64,000 nucleotides of DNA. Source: Malacoraja senta (Eukaryota). Positions 61,878 through 64,000 of this stretch are shown here, one piece after another (positions within the stretch are counted from its first letter, which is position 1; every line of letters starts with the position of its first letter). The translations under genes were made by a program, and so were the position numbers. Under the pieces are notes generated by a model. The model saw only the letters and a list, made by a program, of their open reading frames with translations. It had not been told where the DNA came from and did no database searches. The DNA lies in NCBI GenBank assembly GCA_038087875.1, contig CM075995.1:1986001-2050000 (forward strand). Direction: 5' to 3'.

Positions 61878-61926
61878 CCTTAATTGTTTCTTCCACAACT
61901 TCAACTACACGATCTATTTGCTGAAC
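61878..61926 (-). CDS. CDKAL1: CDKAL1 internal coding exon, 49 bp ([17 protein letters not shown]); corresponds to human exon 7 as I recall
   Basis: Minus strand reads ttttttccctttAG|gttcagcaaatagatcgt...acaattaagg|GTGAGT. The peptide matches CDKAL1 as I recall it. Phase 0 in, phase 1 out, which fits the next exon. Confidence 0.96.
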
Positions 61927-62179
61927 CTAAAGGGAAAAAATAATAGGTGAACAATCTTGTAATAATTCACTTTAGTAACTGCTGGTTGTTCGGCACCCTT
62001 CCTAGGCACACGTTCAGTCATGGACGAGGCCATGAAATCTGAAACTGAAATATCACACACTCCTGCAAATGCACCAAAATCAACAAATATATATATTTTC
62101 TGTAGCTAATTGCAAGATTTGCAATCTCAGCTGCTCCAGGCAATCTTTACATACTTGTATTATAGTGGATTGATGCAGA

Positions 62180-62304
62180 ATATTAAGATGCATGGGATTC
62201 ACGGTGACTTGGTGGTTTGGATTCGGAACTGGCTTACCCATAAGGGTTGTGATGGGTGGGTGTTATTCTGGCTGGTGTTCTGAGATAGGGCCCCTGTTGT
62301 TTCT

Positions 62305-62344
<40 letters not shown>

Positions 62345-62880
62345 TTAGACTTAAATGTATATGGGTTGGTTGGTAAGTTATCAGACAATGCTAACATTTG
62401 TGGAACTGTGGGCAGTGAGGAAGACTGTCAAAGGATAACAGCACGATTTAGATCAGCTACAGATATGGGTGGAAAAACAGCAGATGGGCTTTAATCCTAG
62501 CAAGTGTGAGGTGATGCACTTTTGTAAGTCAAATTTAAGGAGAAAGTAAACAGTTAATGGTTAGACACTTCACAACATTGCTGTACAGAGGGATCTCAGA
62601 GTCTCTGAGATTGGCAGCACAGGTAGATAGAGTGGAAGGGAAAGCATATGGTCTGCTTGCCTTCCGGGGTCAAAACATTGAGTATAAGAGTCAGGAAATC
62701 TGTAGGAAGATCATTAAGCTGGAAAGGGTGCAGAGATTTACTGGCTCTCAATCAAAGGCCTGAGCTAAAGGGAGGGATTGGGTTGCCTATTCCTTGGAAG
62801 GTAGGAGTCTGAGGGGTGATCTTACAGAGGTATATAAAATCATGAGAGGAATAGATAGGGTTAATGCACAGAATCTTTGA
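62180..62880 (+). mobile_element. Old degenerate CR1 RT fragment
   Basis: GPLLFL.YI..DLD, KCEVMHF, IKLERVQRF and RGDL.EVYKIMRGIDRV remnants in collinear order. Confidence 0.75.
62308..62341. repeat. (AT)n microsatellite
   Basis: Uninterrupted AT run of about 17 units inside a CR1 RT remnant. Confidence 0.95.
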
Positions 62881-64000
62881 GCAAGGGAACCGAGACTTGA
62901 GCTAAACTGGTAAGAAAATTAAACTTGATCTTGCAAGATAGAGAATCATGACATGATAGACAATCAACCCATAATTATAATGGAGCCTTTGGTACCCATT
63001 TTATGTGGTATTACTTAAGATTCCCTCATCACTCAAATGTGTCCCAAACTTCCAAAATTCTATTTCTGCACTTTCTTCCAGCTTACACAATCAAATATCT
63101 TACGCTATTAAATTTAAATAGCTGTTAGATCTCCTTTCATTTTTCTATTCTAGGCTTTAAAATTTCCTTGTATTTTTTTGTTTTGCCCAATGATACCAAG
63201 ATGATTTTGAAGTATGTTGAATTATTGAAATATTAACATTTGAACTCTGCTGCACCTGCTTTGAGGGTGGAATTTGATGTCCATACATTGCTATATTAGT
63301 GCATGACAGGCGATAAGTTTCTACCCCATCTACATTTTAAACAGCCAGCTAAGCCACAATACAGAGGGAGCCTTATTGAAACATACCGAACAGTGAAAGG
63401 CTTGGATAGAGTTGACTGTGGACTAGAGGTCACAGCCTTAGAATGAAAGGACGTTCCTTTAGGATGTAGATGAGGAAGAATTTCTTTAGTCGGAGGGTGG
63501 TGAATCTGTGCAAATCATTGGCACAGAAGGCTGTAGAGGCCAAGTCTTGATGGGCCGAATGGCCTAATTCTGCTCCTATCACTTAATACTTTATGACCAA
63601 CTAGATATCTCCCTATGGGTGCAGTTCGACCAGATGAAAGGAACACCCTCTTCCCTAGCAGAAAATATTTTCTTGAGTTTCCTCTTCCCCCTACCAAAAA
63701 GGTCCTTTTCTTTCCACCCCAGCCAAATTCCTGTCTTCATTTCCCCATTTTTAATTCAAAATAAATGCTTAGTTCTCCTTGTGCCGAAGCCAGGCGACTC
63801 CCAGAAGAGGATCTGCTATTATCCACTGCAATGTTTTCACTCTTTCAAATCTTTAGTTCAGCAACAGCATTTCTTACAATGCTGTCTTTGATCTCCTTGC
63901 AGACCTGTCGTAGACTTTATCTTGTACTAAATGTTGCTTTCTTTATCTGTACAATGTGGACGGCTTGATTGTTATAACGTATAGTCTTTTCTTTGACAGC

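Noticed and set aside
61930..64000. Search for the upstream CDKAL1 exon (…VLAGCVPQAQP…)
   Set aside because: No matching sequence found by eye; it probably lies beyond the window.

Overview
Vertebrate nuclear DNA. The repeat landscape (HE1-type tRNA SINEs, HER1/CR1 LINEs, Penelope-like remnants) points to a cartilaginous fish, probably a skate or ray (inference). The whole window lies inside the CDKAL1 gene (radical-SAM tRNA methylthiotransferase) on the minus strand. Three short coding exons missed by the ORF track (61926-61878, 55821-55701, 30908-30805) splice in frame to give [23 protein letters not shown]...[24 protein letters not shown]..., which includes the CxxxCxxC motif. The introns are mostly transposon-derived: many CR1 and SINE fragments, an uninterrupted 926-aa Rex1/Babar LINE ORF, two Gypsy relics, L1/Tx1-like 3' ends, three Harbinger-type MITEs and one teleost-like CORE-SINE. 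The most striking signal is a ~130-bp unit present about 20 times that carries a minimal hammerhead-ribozyme core (CTGAAGA-stem-GAAACGTC). It is linked to a Penelope-like GIY-YIG tail, shows one compensatory stem change, and twice forms fold-back dimers with the same centre. Two repeat-free islands are candidate conserved enhancers. No database searches or alignments were run; family names rest on motif recognition and repeat boundaries are approximate.
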